Shown: positions 50,092 through 59,291, numbered from the stretch's first letter. The stretch is 64,000 nt of DNA from an uncultured Methylophaga sp. (GCA_937877715.1 CALEHW010000046.1:89690-153689); one strand, 5' to 3'. Notes: a model not told the origin generated them from the letters alone. Numbers and translations: made by a program.

Positions 50092-51309
50092 TTACTGGGC
50101 AGAGTGCCCCTTCATCTCAATCTTTACATTCTCATCATCACTAAGACTTGCATAGTAGTCCTGAAGCACCTTGGCAACCTCTGGACGACTGAAGGTAGCA
50201 GGAAGCTCCTCACCCTCAGACAACATCTTGCGTACCTTGGTACCAGACAACAGAATACGATCATCCTTGCCATGAGGACAGGTCTTCATAGAAGCCATTC
50301 CGTCACAGGCATTACACCAGAAGGTCCAGTCGATCTTCAGTGGCTTAGTCTCCAGTGCGCCCTCAGGGATTTCGTCAAAGATCGACTGTGCATCAAAGGG
50401 GCCATAAAAATCGCCGACACCAGCGTGGTCACGACCAACAATCAGGTGCGAACAGCCGTAGTTCTGGCGGAATACGGCGTGCAACAGCGCCTCACGGGGG
50501 CCTGCAAAACGCATATCCAGCGGATAACCTGCCTGTACAACACTGTTGGGAACAAAATAGTTATCAATCAGAGTCTGGATCGCCTCAGAGCGAACCTCTG
50601 CAGGGATATCACCCTTCTTCAGCTTACCCAGTGTGGAGTGAACCAGAACACCGTCCAGAGTCTCTACCGCAATTTTGGCAAGATACTCATGAGAGCGATG
50701 CATTGGGTTACGGGTCTGGAATGCCGCAATAGTATTCCAACCCTTTGACTCGAATAACGCACGGGTCTGCTCAGGTGTCATGAATTGCTCACCATAAGTC
50801 TCGGGGAATCCACCCAGAGAGAGGACCTTGATTGGACCGGCAAGATTCACCTCTCCCTGATCCATAACCATCTGCACACCTGGATGCTCCAGATCAGTGG
50901 TCTTGTATACAGACATGCACTCATGCTCTTTATCAATACCGTATTTCTCGGTAACTGTCATGGTTGCAACAATATTCCCGCTTTCCTCATCAAACAGAGC
51001 AACATCAGAACCCTCATGGGTGTTGTCGGCAGTGGCACTGTCAGTAGAGATGGTTACCGGAATTGGCCAGAACAGGCCGCTCTCCATCTTGTATGAGTCA
51101 CAAACACCCTTCCAGTCAGCGTGGTTCATGAAACCGTCAAGTGGGGTAAACCCACCGATACCCAGCATATAGATATCACCAGCCTCACGTGAGGTAATCG
51201 TTACCTTGGGCAGCGTCTCTGCGCGTGCCTTCTCATCCTCGAGGGCGATCCCCTCAAGCAGTAGCGGCTTCAACTCACCGCCACCATGTGGTTTAACTAA
51301 ATTTGACAT
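50092..51309 (-). CDS. sat: Sulfate adenylyltransferase (dissimilatory-type ATP sulfurylase)
   Basis: 405 aa with ATP-sulfurylase motifs [11 protein letters not shown] and GRDHAGVG. Heads the sat-aprM-aprB-aprA operon. Confidence 0.9.
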   Translation of the reverse strand: MSNLVKPHGGGELKPLLLEGIALEDEKARAETLPKVTITSREAGDIYMLGIGGFTPLDGFMNHADWKGVCDSYKMESGLFWPIPVTISTDSATADNTHEGSDVALFDEESGNIVATMTVTEKYGIDKEHECMSVYKTTDLEHPGVQMVMDQGEVNLAGPIKVLSLGGFPETYGEQFMTPEQTRALFESKGWNTIAAFQTRNPMHRSHEYLAKIAVETLDGVLVHSTLGKLKKGDIPAEVRSEAIQTLIDNYFVPNSVVQAGYPLDMRFAGPREALLHAVFRQNYGCSHLIVGRDHAGVGDFYGPFDAQSIFDEIPEGALETKPLKIDWTFWCNACDGMASMKTCPHGKDDRILLSGTKVRKMLSEGEELPATFSRPEVAKVLQDYYASLSDDENVKIEMKGHSAQ

Positions 51310-51762
51310 AGCTTCCCTTCTCTCTAAATCCCGTTAACCTATTAATCGGACCTTGATTGTCTACCAAAAAAACCAGCATCAATGCCGATTCTCCTGCCAC
51401 TTAACTCTTCTCAGCCCTACAACTTTATCTCCTCCACCACACCATTCAAGCAGGGAAATCTTCTTTTGATATAAGCTCGCCTTATTGGTTAAAGATAATT
51501 TAATGATGCACTAATGCTAGACGGCAGAGAATTCTTGCCGAAAATCATGGAATACATTATTTATCTTTACTCTTCATATAGTTACAAAGAGTGAATGAGA
51601 GAGCTAAAAACCTCTAACAGACCTAAGTAACCAACTTTTTTACTGGGAAATAACCACAAATCAAATGATAAAAAAACCAGGATACCCCCTCTTCAAAGAC
51701 TATTCTTAACTGGCAATCCGGTCGTCAGAAGGTTGTCTGGGAATAGAGGGGCCGGACCAAGA

Positions 51763-52149
51763 TCACTTATCCTGTTTGGATTGGTAATCCTCAACCGCAG
51801 CCTTGATGGCATCCTCCGCCAGCACAGAACAGTGCACCTTAACCGGTGGTAGAGCCAGCTCCTCAGCAATATCAGAATTCTTGATCTGCTGCGCCTCCTC
51901 AAGGGTTTTCCCCTTCACCCACTCTGTCACCAGTGAGCTTGAGGCGATAGCAGAACCACAACCATAAGTCTTGAACTTTGCATCCTCGATGACACCATTC
52001 TGATCTACCTGGATCTGCAGTTTCATCACATCACCGCAGGCGGGAGCACCTACCATACCAGTACCTACATCACCTGCATCCTTATCCATCACCCCAACGT
52101 TTCTTGGGTTCTCGTAATGGTCCATCACCTTGTCACTGTAAGCCATCAA
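51763..52149 (-). CDS. IscU/NifU-like Fe-S cluster scaffold protein (standalone)
   Basis: 128 aa with the three scaffold cysteines in APACGDVMKL, a YGCGSAIAS block and a C-terminal HCSVLAEDAIKAA, typical of IscU. Confidence 0.8.
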   Translation of the reverse strand: MMAYSDKVMDHYENPRNVGVMDKDAGDVGTGMVGAPACGDVMKLQIQVDQNGVIEDAKFKTYGCGSAIASSSLVTEWVKGKTLEEAQQIKNSDIAEELALPPVKVHCSVLAEDAIKAAVEDYQSKQDK

Positions 52150-52326
52150 ATTGCTCCTGAGAAAATACCTGACCTTTTCACTATATTATGAGCCAAGGCA
52201 ATTTTCATTAAAAATAAGTTCGCCATTATACGCCATATTCGCCTCCCTCCACCATAGACCACAAAAAAGGGGCCATCCAGAGGATTACTTGCGCCCATAT
52301 ACTGACTGCTTAAGTGACAAATTTCC

Positions 52327-53868
52327 TTGCAGAATCCGGCTGTTACTATGTACAGTCATCCAATGCACTCTAAACACCGCCTCTCTCTCCTCACTCAGAC
52401 AGGAATTATCATTGGGATAATCAGCCTGCTGGCAGTCATCGGCATTAGCAGCTCGGTTTTTATCACCCAGACCATTCAAGGTGCAGGAACCACCATCAAC
52501 ACCTCCGGCACCCTGCGCATGTTCGCCTACAAAATCGCCACCCAGATGATGCGGGATCAGCGTGAGGAGGATCCCACCTCAACTGACATACGCGAGCTGA
52601 TCAGTCGCTTTGAATCCCAACTCAACCACCCATCTCTGCAACACTCCATTCCGCAACCATCACAGAACCCGAAAGAATCAGACACTGTTGACTTACATCC
52701 GCTCTACACACTTTACAACTCTATCCAGTGGCGCTGGCATGAGGAGATTCAACCACTACTGCTAAGCTATGCAGCACTTCTGGATATGGAGAGCGGCGAG
52801 GAGTCCATGGGCAAGCTCAAGCACACCATCCACAACTCCTACCAGCAAAGCTACCTGTCGATAATTGATGATTTCGTATTTGACATCAACAACATGGTTA
52901 AACTGATCGAAGAGCAGACTGAGTCCAGAATTGAGCTACTACGCAACATTGCGTATGTATCACTACCCCTACTGCTACTCTCCATTCTGGCGGCACCATT
53001 TCTACTCTACTACAGGGTTCTGGTTCCATTAAAAGATCTACTTGAGATCTCGCAACATGTACGCCAACGCGACTTCTCCCGCCAGGCTAAATATACTCGT
53101 AAGGATGAACTGGGCGAACTAGCCAGAGCCTTCAACCTGATGAACTCAGACCTCTCTGCCACCTATGCCGAGCTGGAAGAGCGGATTATGGAGAAGACCC
53201 AAGCCCTGATTGATGAGTCCAACAGGATCACCCTTATGGAGGAGCGTAATATCATCGCCCAGGAGCTACACGACTCCCTAGCCCAATCCATCTTCTATAT
53301 CAACATTCAGATTAGCCGAATCAAGACCCTGATAAGAAGAGAAGCCCCGCCAAGCCAGCTACTCCCCATCATTTATGAGTTTGCGACAACCAATGATGAG
53401 GCCGATCGTCAGCTACGGGAGCTGATCTCCACCTTCAGAATCAAAATCAACCCCGAGGGGCTGACAGCCGCAATCAACGAAATTATAACCAAATATATGG
53501 GGAGAGAATCTGTAACACTAAAGTTTTACAACCATATTCCCGATTTCTCCTTCACCCACAGCGAGGAGGTCAACATGATTCAGATTACCCAAGAGGCGAT
53601 CTCCAACATCATCAAACATGCCAACGCAACCTCCGGCACCATTGTGCTTGACCACGATGGTGAGAACAACCTAGTGACACTGACTATTGATGATGACGGG
53701 GGCGGAATCCCCGAAAACCCTTACCGCCATAACCATTTTGGTCTCAAAAACATGGAGGAGCGCGCAGAAAACATCAATGGGAATATCTCAATTTACCAAC
53801 AAGCAGATGGCGGCACCAGGATAGAGCTTGATTTCAACCCAGCACTAACCCAGGAGAGCAGGCTGTAG
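52327..53868 (+). CDS. narX: Nitrate/nitrite sensor histidine kinase NarX-like
   Basis: Periplasmic sensor domain with a P-box-like TSGTLRMFAYKI, two TM helices, HAMP, an H-box ELHDSLAQ and a HATPase_c domain. Confidence 0.8.
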   Translation: MQNPAVTMYSHPMHSKHRLSLLTQTGIIIGIISLLAVIGISSSVFITQTIQGAGTTINTSGTLRMFAYKIATQMMRDQREEDPTSTDIRELISRFESQLNHPSLQHSIPQPSQNPKESDTVDLHPLYTLYNSIQWRWHEEIQPLLLSYAALLDMESGEESMGKLKHTIHNSYQQSYLSIIDDFVFDINNMVKLIEEQTESRIELLRNIAYVSLPLLLLSILAAPFLLYYRVLVPLKDLLEISQHVRQRDFSRQAKYTRKDELGELARAFNLMNSDLSATYAELEERIMEKTQALIDESNRITLMEERNIIAQELHDSLAQSIFYINIQISRIKTLIRREAPPSQLLPIIYEFATTNDEADRQLRELISTFRIKINPEGLTAAINEIITKYMGRESVTLKFYNHIPDFSFTHSEEVNMIQITQEAISNIIKHANATSGTIVLDHDGENNLVTLTIDDDGGGIPENPYRHNHFGLKNMEERAENINGNISIYQQADGGTRIELDFNPALTQESRL

Positions 53869-53982
53869 TTGGCTGCGGCAGGCATGGGTAACTAGCTAAA
53901 GTAATAGCGCAGGCAAGCCATATTCCTCTATACTCCAAAAGAATATTATAAAAAATACCCCTGACCAAAGGCTAAAAAGACA

Positions 53983-54633
53983 ATGAGTGAATTTGAATCA
54001 AAATCTATCTCTCTGCTACTGATTGATGACCACCCACTTATACGCAAGGGCATTATCCAACTACTGGAGCTCCACGAGGGGATTCAGCTAGCGGGCGAGG
54101 CAGATGGTGGTGCCGATGGGCTGAAACTGATCGAGAAAAAAGAGCCAGATATGGTGCTGCTTGATCTCAACATGAGCGAGATGGATGGCCTCACCACCCT
54201 GAAAAAAATCAAGAAGAGATGGCCGAATATTCGGGTGGTGATCCTTACAGTCTCCGACAACCCACAGAATATTATCCAGGCATTTCGTAACAAGGCAGAT
54301 GGCTACCTGCTGAAAAATGCAGATCCGGAGAAGATCGTGGACCATTTGATCCAGGTAATGCACGGGGTGACAATTGTCAGTCCTGAGATCGCCAAGATCC
54401 TTGCCCGGTCACGCACCGATAAAAATAATCTGCCGGAACTCAATCTAACCCGCCGCGAGGAGGAGGTGTTGCGCCTAATTGCCGAGGGGCTCTCCAACCA
54501 GGATGTTGGAAATCGTCTTGGTATTTCGGTCTGGACCGCCAAGGTACATGCCAAACACATCCTCAAGAAACTTGGTCTCAATAGCCGTAATGAACTGATC
54601 GTCTGGGCTATCCGAGAGGGGATGACCAGCTAA
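53983..54633 (+). CDS. narL: Nitrate/nitrite response regulator NarL-like (REC plus LuxR-type HTH)
   Basis: 216 aa with a receiver domain (LLIDDHPLIRKG ... DLNM) and a C-terminal LuxR/FixJ HTH (LTRREEEVLRLIAEGLSNQDVGNRLGISVWTAKVHAKHILKKL). Confidence 0.85.
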   Translation: MSEFESKSISLLLIDDHPLIRKGIIQLLELHEGIQLAGEADGGADGLKLIEKKEPDMVLLDLNMSEMDGLTTLKKIKKRWPNIRVVILTVSDNPQNIIQAFRNKADGYLLKNADPEKIVDHLIQVMHGVTIVSPEIAKILARSRTDKNNLPELNLTRREEEVLRLIAEGLSNQDVGNRLGISVWTAKVHAKHILKKLGLNSRNELIVWAIREGMTS

Positions 54634-54901
54634 TCAGGAGCCTGTCCGATAACAGGATCCCAAATCACCTAAACCTTCTGTGGATGCCCACCTGCATGAG
54701 CAGGGTACTACTGAGGAGTGCCGTCACCATCCCGAGAATCCAGATTGAGACGAGTGGCCCGAGCAGGAACAGTCCGATTATCAAGATCTAAGAGGCTCTT
54801 CTCAGGAGTAGCCACTTGTGTGAACGGAGCCACCCCTTCTCCTCTGCCGCTGCTGTGCCGACCGAGCGGTTTGTCACTCTGCCCATAACCCCTCCCCTCT
54901 T

Positions 54902-55474
54902 CTATGCATCACTCTGCCCAGCCGAATCCCGGTGCTGCAACGTTAACGCATCCACTGGACATGGTGCAATACAGGCCCCGCAGCCAGTACATTTGCCTGC
55001 ACTCATCTCCATCTGTACTGCACCACCCGCCCGTGGACGAAAACGGAATACACGTTCCAGACACTGGTCTCCACAGATCTGGCAGACTACCCCCTTTTGT
55101 GCAATACAGGTGTAGCTCACCCGCACCTCCAGACCCCAGGGATCACCATGCTCCTCCGTGGAGAGAAAGCGGAGTGCCCCAGGCTCACAATGGGCCACAC
55201 ACTCCTCACAGAAGGTGCACTCCCCACGCCTGAATTCAACCACCGGGAATTTGCCCCGCCCCTCTAGCAGAATCTGCTCTGGACAGTGCTTGATGCACTC
55301 CCCGCAACGACTGCAGGTCTCGGTAAACTCGAACTCCTCCAGTGCCCATGGTGGACGCATGGGGCGATTTTTGCCGCTCACATCACCGCGCAAAAATTGA
55401 GCACGGCTCACTCCATGGCTACTCGGCACCTTGCTCTCTCGACCATCTTTTCTCTTTTTCAGGAATTCAAACAT
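54902..55474 (-). CDS. napF: Ferredoxin-type protein NapF-like (4 Cys clusters)
   Basis: 190 aa with an N-terminal RPPWA motif and four CxxCxxCxxxC(P)-type clusters. It aligns along its length with E. coli NapF (RPPWS...CTRCDACINAC...). Confidence 0.7.
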   Translation of the reverse strand: MFEFLKKRKDGRESKVPSSHGVSRAQFLRGDVSGKNRPMRPPWALEEFEFTETCSRCGECIKHCPEQILLEGRGKFPVVEFRRGECTFCEECVAHCEPGALRFLSTEEHGDPWGLEVRVSYTCIAQKGVVCQICGDQCLERVFRFRPRAGGAVQMEMSAGKCTGCGACIAPCPVDALTLQHRDSAGQSDA

Positions 55475-55703
55475 CAGTCGTATTCTGCCCAGTGCATGTG
55501 ATTCTCCACTTTCTCTTCCCTCACATGGCCGCTTATTTCCTCTGTATCAGACCATTTTTTAGCGCTTATCCAAACTCACTTTACTCAAACACGGATAAGC
55601 TTCCTCTAAAAAAGGGCCAGAAGCAGAGCAGCGTCCAACTTCTGTCAGAGAAAACGCATAATTACGTTGTCTCTCTGTGCTCTCTTTCTACTCTTAACCA
55701 ATT

Positions 55704-55751
55704 GGTAACTATTCATCATTCCCGCGCAGGCGGGAATGATGAATAGTTACC
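55704..55751. repeat. Perfect 22-bp inverted repeat (hairpin) with a 4-nt loop, overlapping the stop codon of the radical SAM gene
   Basis: ggtaactattcatcattcccgc-gcag-gcgggaatgatgaatagttacc, read directly from the sequence. No U-tract follows on either strand. Confidence 0.85.
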
Positions 55752-56349
55752 CCACAATATCAAGTTTCCGCGCCCGAAACCCGACCCCGCACTCATCTGT
55801 AAGCCGCCGACACGCCTCAATATCAACCCCATCCAGCCCATCGATTGCTGTTGCGGTCACCAGCGGTATCCTCCCTGCGGCTGCCCGCAGAAAGTCGAGC
55901 ATCGCCTCAAAAGAACCCTCCAGCTGGGGCTGACAGTGGCGATTATATACCTCTTCGTTCTGCCCATTCATGGAGATAGAGAGCTCATCTATAAGCCCCA
56001 CCATCTCCGGCACCACATTGTGTTTATGGACCAGGTTGGCCAGTCCGTCAGTATTGATTCTGATGGTACCGCCCCTCTGTTTGATCCAGTGTGCAACCTC
56101 GAGCAGCACCTTCAGCCGCAGAGTCGGCTCTCCAAACCCGCAGAAGACGATCTGCGTATATTCTGCTGGATCACCAATTGACTCGACAATCTCGGTGAAT
56201 TCAGGACGATGGTCAACCGTCAGGTCAAAATCATGGACCTGCATCACCCCCTGAGTCTTGGGGCAAAACTCACAGACCAGCGTACAGTGGTCAGTGATAC
56301 TGAGATAGAGACGATCCTCAATTTGGTAGGAAATGGTTTGAGTAGACAC
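55747..56349 (-). CDS. Small radical SAM domain protein (uncharacterised family)
   Basis: 200 aa with a CxxxCxxC cluster (DHCTLVCEFC) near the N-terminus and a glycine-rich SAM-binding block (IVFCGFGEPTL). Confidence 0.6.
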   Translation of the reverse strand: MSTQTISYQIEDRLYLSITDHCTLVCEFCPKTQGVMQVHDFDLTVDHRPEFTEIVESIGDPAEYTQIVFCGFGEPTLRLKVLLEVAHWIKQRGGTIRINTDGLANLVHKHNVVPEMVGLIDELSISMNGQNEEVYNRHCQPQLEGSFEAMLDFLRAAAGRIPLVTATAIDGLDGVDIEACRRLTDECGVGFRARKLDIVG

Positions 56350-56779
56350 TATAATCTTGCTGACGACATTTTATCTGATTAACAAACCGCCATTCTCTCA
56401 CCCCGGAAGCTGAACCACAAAGCCCAATAAGACACTTTTACTCTGACGCTTCTCTTATTTTCCATTCACCGCCACAGCTACACTCAATGAGTGTTGGCAT
56501 GCCGCAAGTTAGGGGGAATGGAGGCGAGGCTGATGCAACCAGACATCTCAAAATGGTCAAACTGCCATCGAGATAGGGAGACATTTCGTTCACCAAAAAC
56601 ATAGCCGCACAGATAAAAAGTGAACAGACTGCTCAATGACTGAATCGGATAAAAAACTTAATCTCCAGTTATTGTTTGCCATAACATACTGTTAAAAAAT
56701 AGAAAAATATAATTAACCATATGGTGACACAAGAACTGCTAGTATTCTGCACTGATCCATCCAAATAGAACCAGAGATA

Positions 56780-57769
56780 ATGAAAAGAGCGCTCACAGAC
56801 CCTTTTGGCAGAAGAATCGATTACCTTCGTCTATCGGTAACCGATCGTTGCGATCTGCGCTGTGTCTACTGTATGCCACAGGGGTTTGATGATTATGAGG
56901 CCCCGGATGACTGGCTCACCTTCGATGAGATCGAACGTGTTGTAAAACTATTTGGCGAGATGGGTGTTAGCCGGGTGAGGCTGACTGGTGGGGAACCACT
57001 GGTGCGCAAAGGGATTACTGAACTGAGTGGGCGCCTCTCAAAACTTGAGGGGATTGATGATCTCTCACTGAGCACAAATTGTGTAAGCATGAAGAAGTTT
57101 GCACAGCCGCTCAAGGATGCCGGTATCAGCCGTATAAATGTAAGCCTGGACAGCCTTAACCCAACAAAATTCCAAGAGATTACTGGTGGCGGCAAATTAA
57201 ACAAGGTAATAGATGGTCTTATGGCCGCCAAGGCAGCAGGCTTCTCTCCCATCAAAATAAACGCTGTTGCGATGAAGGGGGTTAATGATGATGAGTTGGG
57301 AAATATGGTTGAATTCTGTATTAAACATGACTTCACCCTGCGCTTTATCGAAACTATGCCGATTGGTGACACTGGCTGTCGCGCCAAGGATTCACACTAT
57401 CTTGATCTTGAGGTAATTCGCGAGGAGCTGGAACAGCGTTTTGATCTAGCCCCCAGCGTTATGCCCGGAGCCGGGCCCGCCCGCTACTTTAAGGTGAGAG
57501 ACACTAACCTGCATTTCGGCTTCATCACCCCTATATCACAACACTTCTGTGAGACTTGCAACAGGATTCGTCTCTCTACCGATGGTACTCTGTATATGTG
57601 CCTGGGACAGGATGAGAAATTTGAGCTACGTCCACTACTACGTGGTGGAGCAACTGATGAAGAGCTGAGAGATGCCATCCATTACGCACTCACCCTAAAA
57701 CCAGAACGCCATGAATTCAATGAAGGGAAAGAGCAGACTGTCCGCTTCATGAACATGACCGGCGGTTAG
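56780..57769 (+). CDS. moaA: GTP 3',8-cyclase MoaA (molybdenum cofactor biosynthesis)
   Basis: 329 aa with an N-terminal radical SAM cluster (CDLRCVYCMP) and a C-terminal auxiliary cluster (CETCNRIRLSTDGTLYMC). Confidence 0.9.
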   Translation: MKRALTDPFGRRIDYLRLSVTDRCDLRCVYCMPQGFDDYEAPDDWLTFDEIERVVKLFGEMGVSRVRLTGGEPLVRKGITELSGRLSKLEGIDDLSLSTNCVSMKKFAQPLKDAGISRINVSLDSLNPTKFQEITGGGKLNKVIDGLMAAKAAGFSPIKINAVAMKGVNDDELGNMVEFCIKHDFTLRFIETMPIGDTGCRAKDSHYLDLEVIREELEQRFDLAPSVMPGAGPARYFKVRDTNLHFGFITPISQHFCETCNRIRLSTDGTLYMCLGQDEKFELRPLLRGGATDEELRDAIHYALTLKPERHEFNEGKEQTVRFMNMTGG

Positions 57770-57846
57770 AGAGTAGCCAGCCACAAAAAACCCCTGCCTC
57801 ACCATCTGGTGAGGCAGGGGTTTTGCTTTTGGTCTAGCCATTCTAC

Positions 57847-58161
57847 CTATTTGGCCGCCTTTGATCCTGTACCAGTTACACCCTTGTTGTCAGTCCAGGT
57901 AACAGTGATCTTGTCACCCTTCTCACCGGCAACCTTGATCCGCAGATATGGATTTTTCGAGATTGTGGTGTTGACATCAGCGTTCATGAATACAACACCG
58001 TTCTTCTCTGCAACCACGGTCTGAATGAAATGCTCAGGAATCTTCTCTCCTGTCTTCTTATCCTTTCTAAATCCGGTCTCCATAGGATGGGTCATCAAAC
58101 ATTTGATATCGATAATACCCTTCTTCGCCTTTGCTCTAAGCTTTACTGCACTCTTTGCCAT
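57847..58161 (-). CDS. soxZ: Thiosulfate-oxidation carrier complex protein SoxZ
   Basis: 104 aa. IKCLMTHPMETGFRKDKKTGEKIPEHFIQTV...NPYLRIKV aligns with SoxZ (ISHKMESGQRKDADGKLIPRSII...NPYFEF). Confidence 0.8.
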   Translation of the reverse strand: MAKSAVKLRAKAKKGIIDIKCLMTHPMETGFRKDKKTGEKIPEHFIQTVVAEKNGVVFMNADVNTTISKNPYLRIKVAGEKGDKITVTWTDNKGVTGTGSKAAK

Positions 58162-58207
58162 GTTCTTGTCCTCTATATTCTATTTATTGGATTCAGTCAA
58201 AATGAAT

Positions 58208-58645
58208 CTAAGCACATCCGCCGACAGTTACCTTAACCTGGGTCTTGGTGTTCAAGGTGCCTGATACGGTCTTGACCACGCCGTAGACATCACCAGTCTT
58301 ACTCATCTTGAGTCGGGTCGAGACGAATGGAATCGCACCCTCACCCATACGGTAGGTGGCAGCTAGGGGACGACTATTGGCAGCGGCCACAATGCTGATG
58401 CTCTCAACCCCGTCAACGCCTGTGGCATCAATCGTAATGGGAACTACTGCACCGTTCTCGGCAATCTCGGGGGCTTTGATCTTGACTGAGCCACTGGCAG
58501 TGCCAGTATCGCCGAAGCTGCTTGCCTCCATTACCGCCTTGGGCCATGCAGCAAGCGCAGCACGTGGCAGCAGTAGACCTGCGCCGAGAGCTGCTGTAAT
58601 AGCACTACCCGCAAGTGTCCCCTTCAGAAATAGTCGTCTTCTCAT
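58208..58645 (-). CDS. soxY: Sulfur carrier protein SoxY (Tat signal) with a non-canonical C-terminus VTVGGCA
   Basis: The start is taken at MRRRLFLKGTLAGS (a twin-arginine motif with a good AAGGAG Shine-Dalgarno upstream). IAENGAVVP is identical to the conserved SoxY block. The track ORF extends 55 codons upstream. Confidence 0.8.
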   Translation of the reverse strand: MRRRLFLKGTLAGSAITAALGAGLLLPRAALAAWPKAVMEASSFGDTGTASGSVKIKAPEIAENGAVVPITIDATGVDGVESISIVAAANSRPLAATYRMGEGAIPFVSTRLKMSKTGDVYGVVKTVSGTLNTKTQVKVTVGGCA

Positions 58646-58890
58646 GGATTTCTCCTTAGTTATTGTAGAAACAGTTCTCTCTTGCAGCCCCACTGGTGCA
58701 CCAAAGCGGATGCTGAAGATTGGACTGTAAACAAAACCACCGCCCCTGTCCACACACTGTTTGTCTCCAGAAACGCCTCGAAGAGTGTAACCACACAGGG
58801 CACTATTCAATGGTTCAATTGTTTGTTATATTCAGGAGGCTGACTTTGGTCAGTTTTTATAAAAAAGGTAAACACCAAAAAGGAGAAGTC

Positions 58891-59205
58891 ATGAAGAAGA
58901 CATTAATAGCATTAATTGCCACAACGTTTGTCGCATCCAGTGCCTCGGCATTTATGAGCGGAGATGACAACCAGTCTGGCGCTGGCACCGGTTCTGCCGA
59001 TGGTGCAGTCGATGCCAGTGGACGCGGCGCAGGCAAGGGATCTGGTGATGCTGAGGGTAACTTCAGCATGTCCATCAACGCATCAGGCAAGGGTTCTTCC
59101 AGCGCTGAAGCCGATATGGATGCTGCCGAAAATGCCCGCGTGCAAGGTAATACAGACCTTAGAACAGAGAGTTCATCAGGGTATCCTGTACCACCTGCGC
59201 AGTAG
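58891..59205 (+). CDS. Small secreted low-complexity Gly/Ser/Ala/Asp-rich protein
   Basis: Strong RBS (AAAGGAGAAG) before the ATG at 58891. Signal peptide MKKTLIALIATTFVASSASA, then a degenerate repeat body (SGAGTGSADGAVDASGRGAGKGSGDAEGNF...ASGKGSSSAEAD). A clean terminator follows. Confidence 0.5.
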   Translation: MKKTLIALIATTFVASSASAFMSGDDNQSGAGTGSADGAVDASGRGAGKGSGDAEGNFSMSINASGKGSSSAEADMDAAENARVQGNTDLRTESSSGYPVPPAQ

Positions 59206-59246
59206 ATAACCGGTATAACTGGCCTGCCTCTTTGGTGGACCATAAA

Positions 59247-59291
59247 AAGGGCACAATCACAGTGTGATGCTGGTTGTGCCCTTTTTTTTAT
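59247..59291 (+). terminator. Rho-independent terminator after the small secreted protein gene
   Basis: aaagggcacaa-tcacagtgtgatgctgg-ttgtgccc followed by a T8 run. Confidence 0.6.

Noticed and set aside
54634-54901. Possible terminator between convergent narL and napF
   Set aside because: Only short 4-5 bp stems (cctgc/gcagg, ggct/agcc) without U-tracts. It is not convincing.
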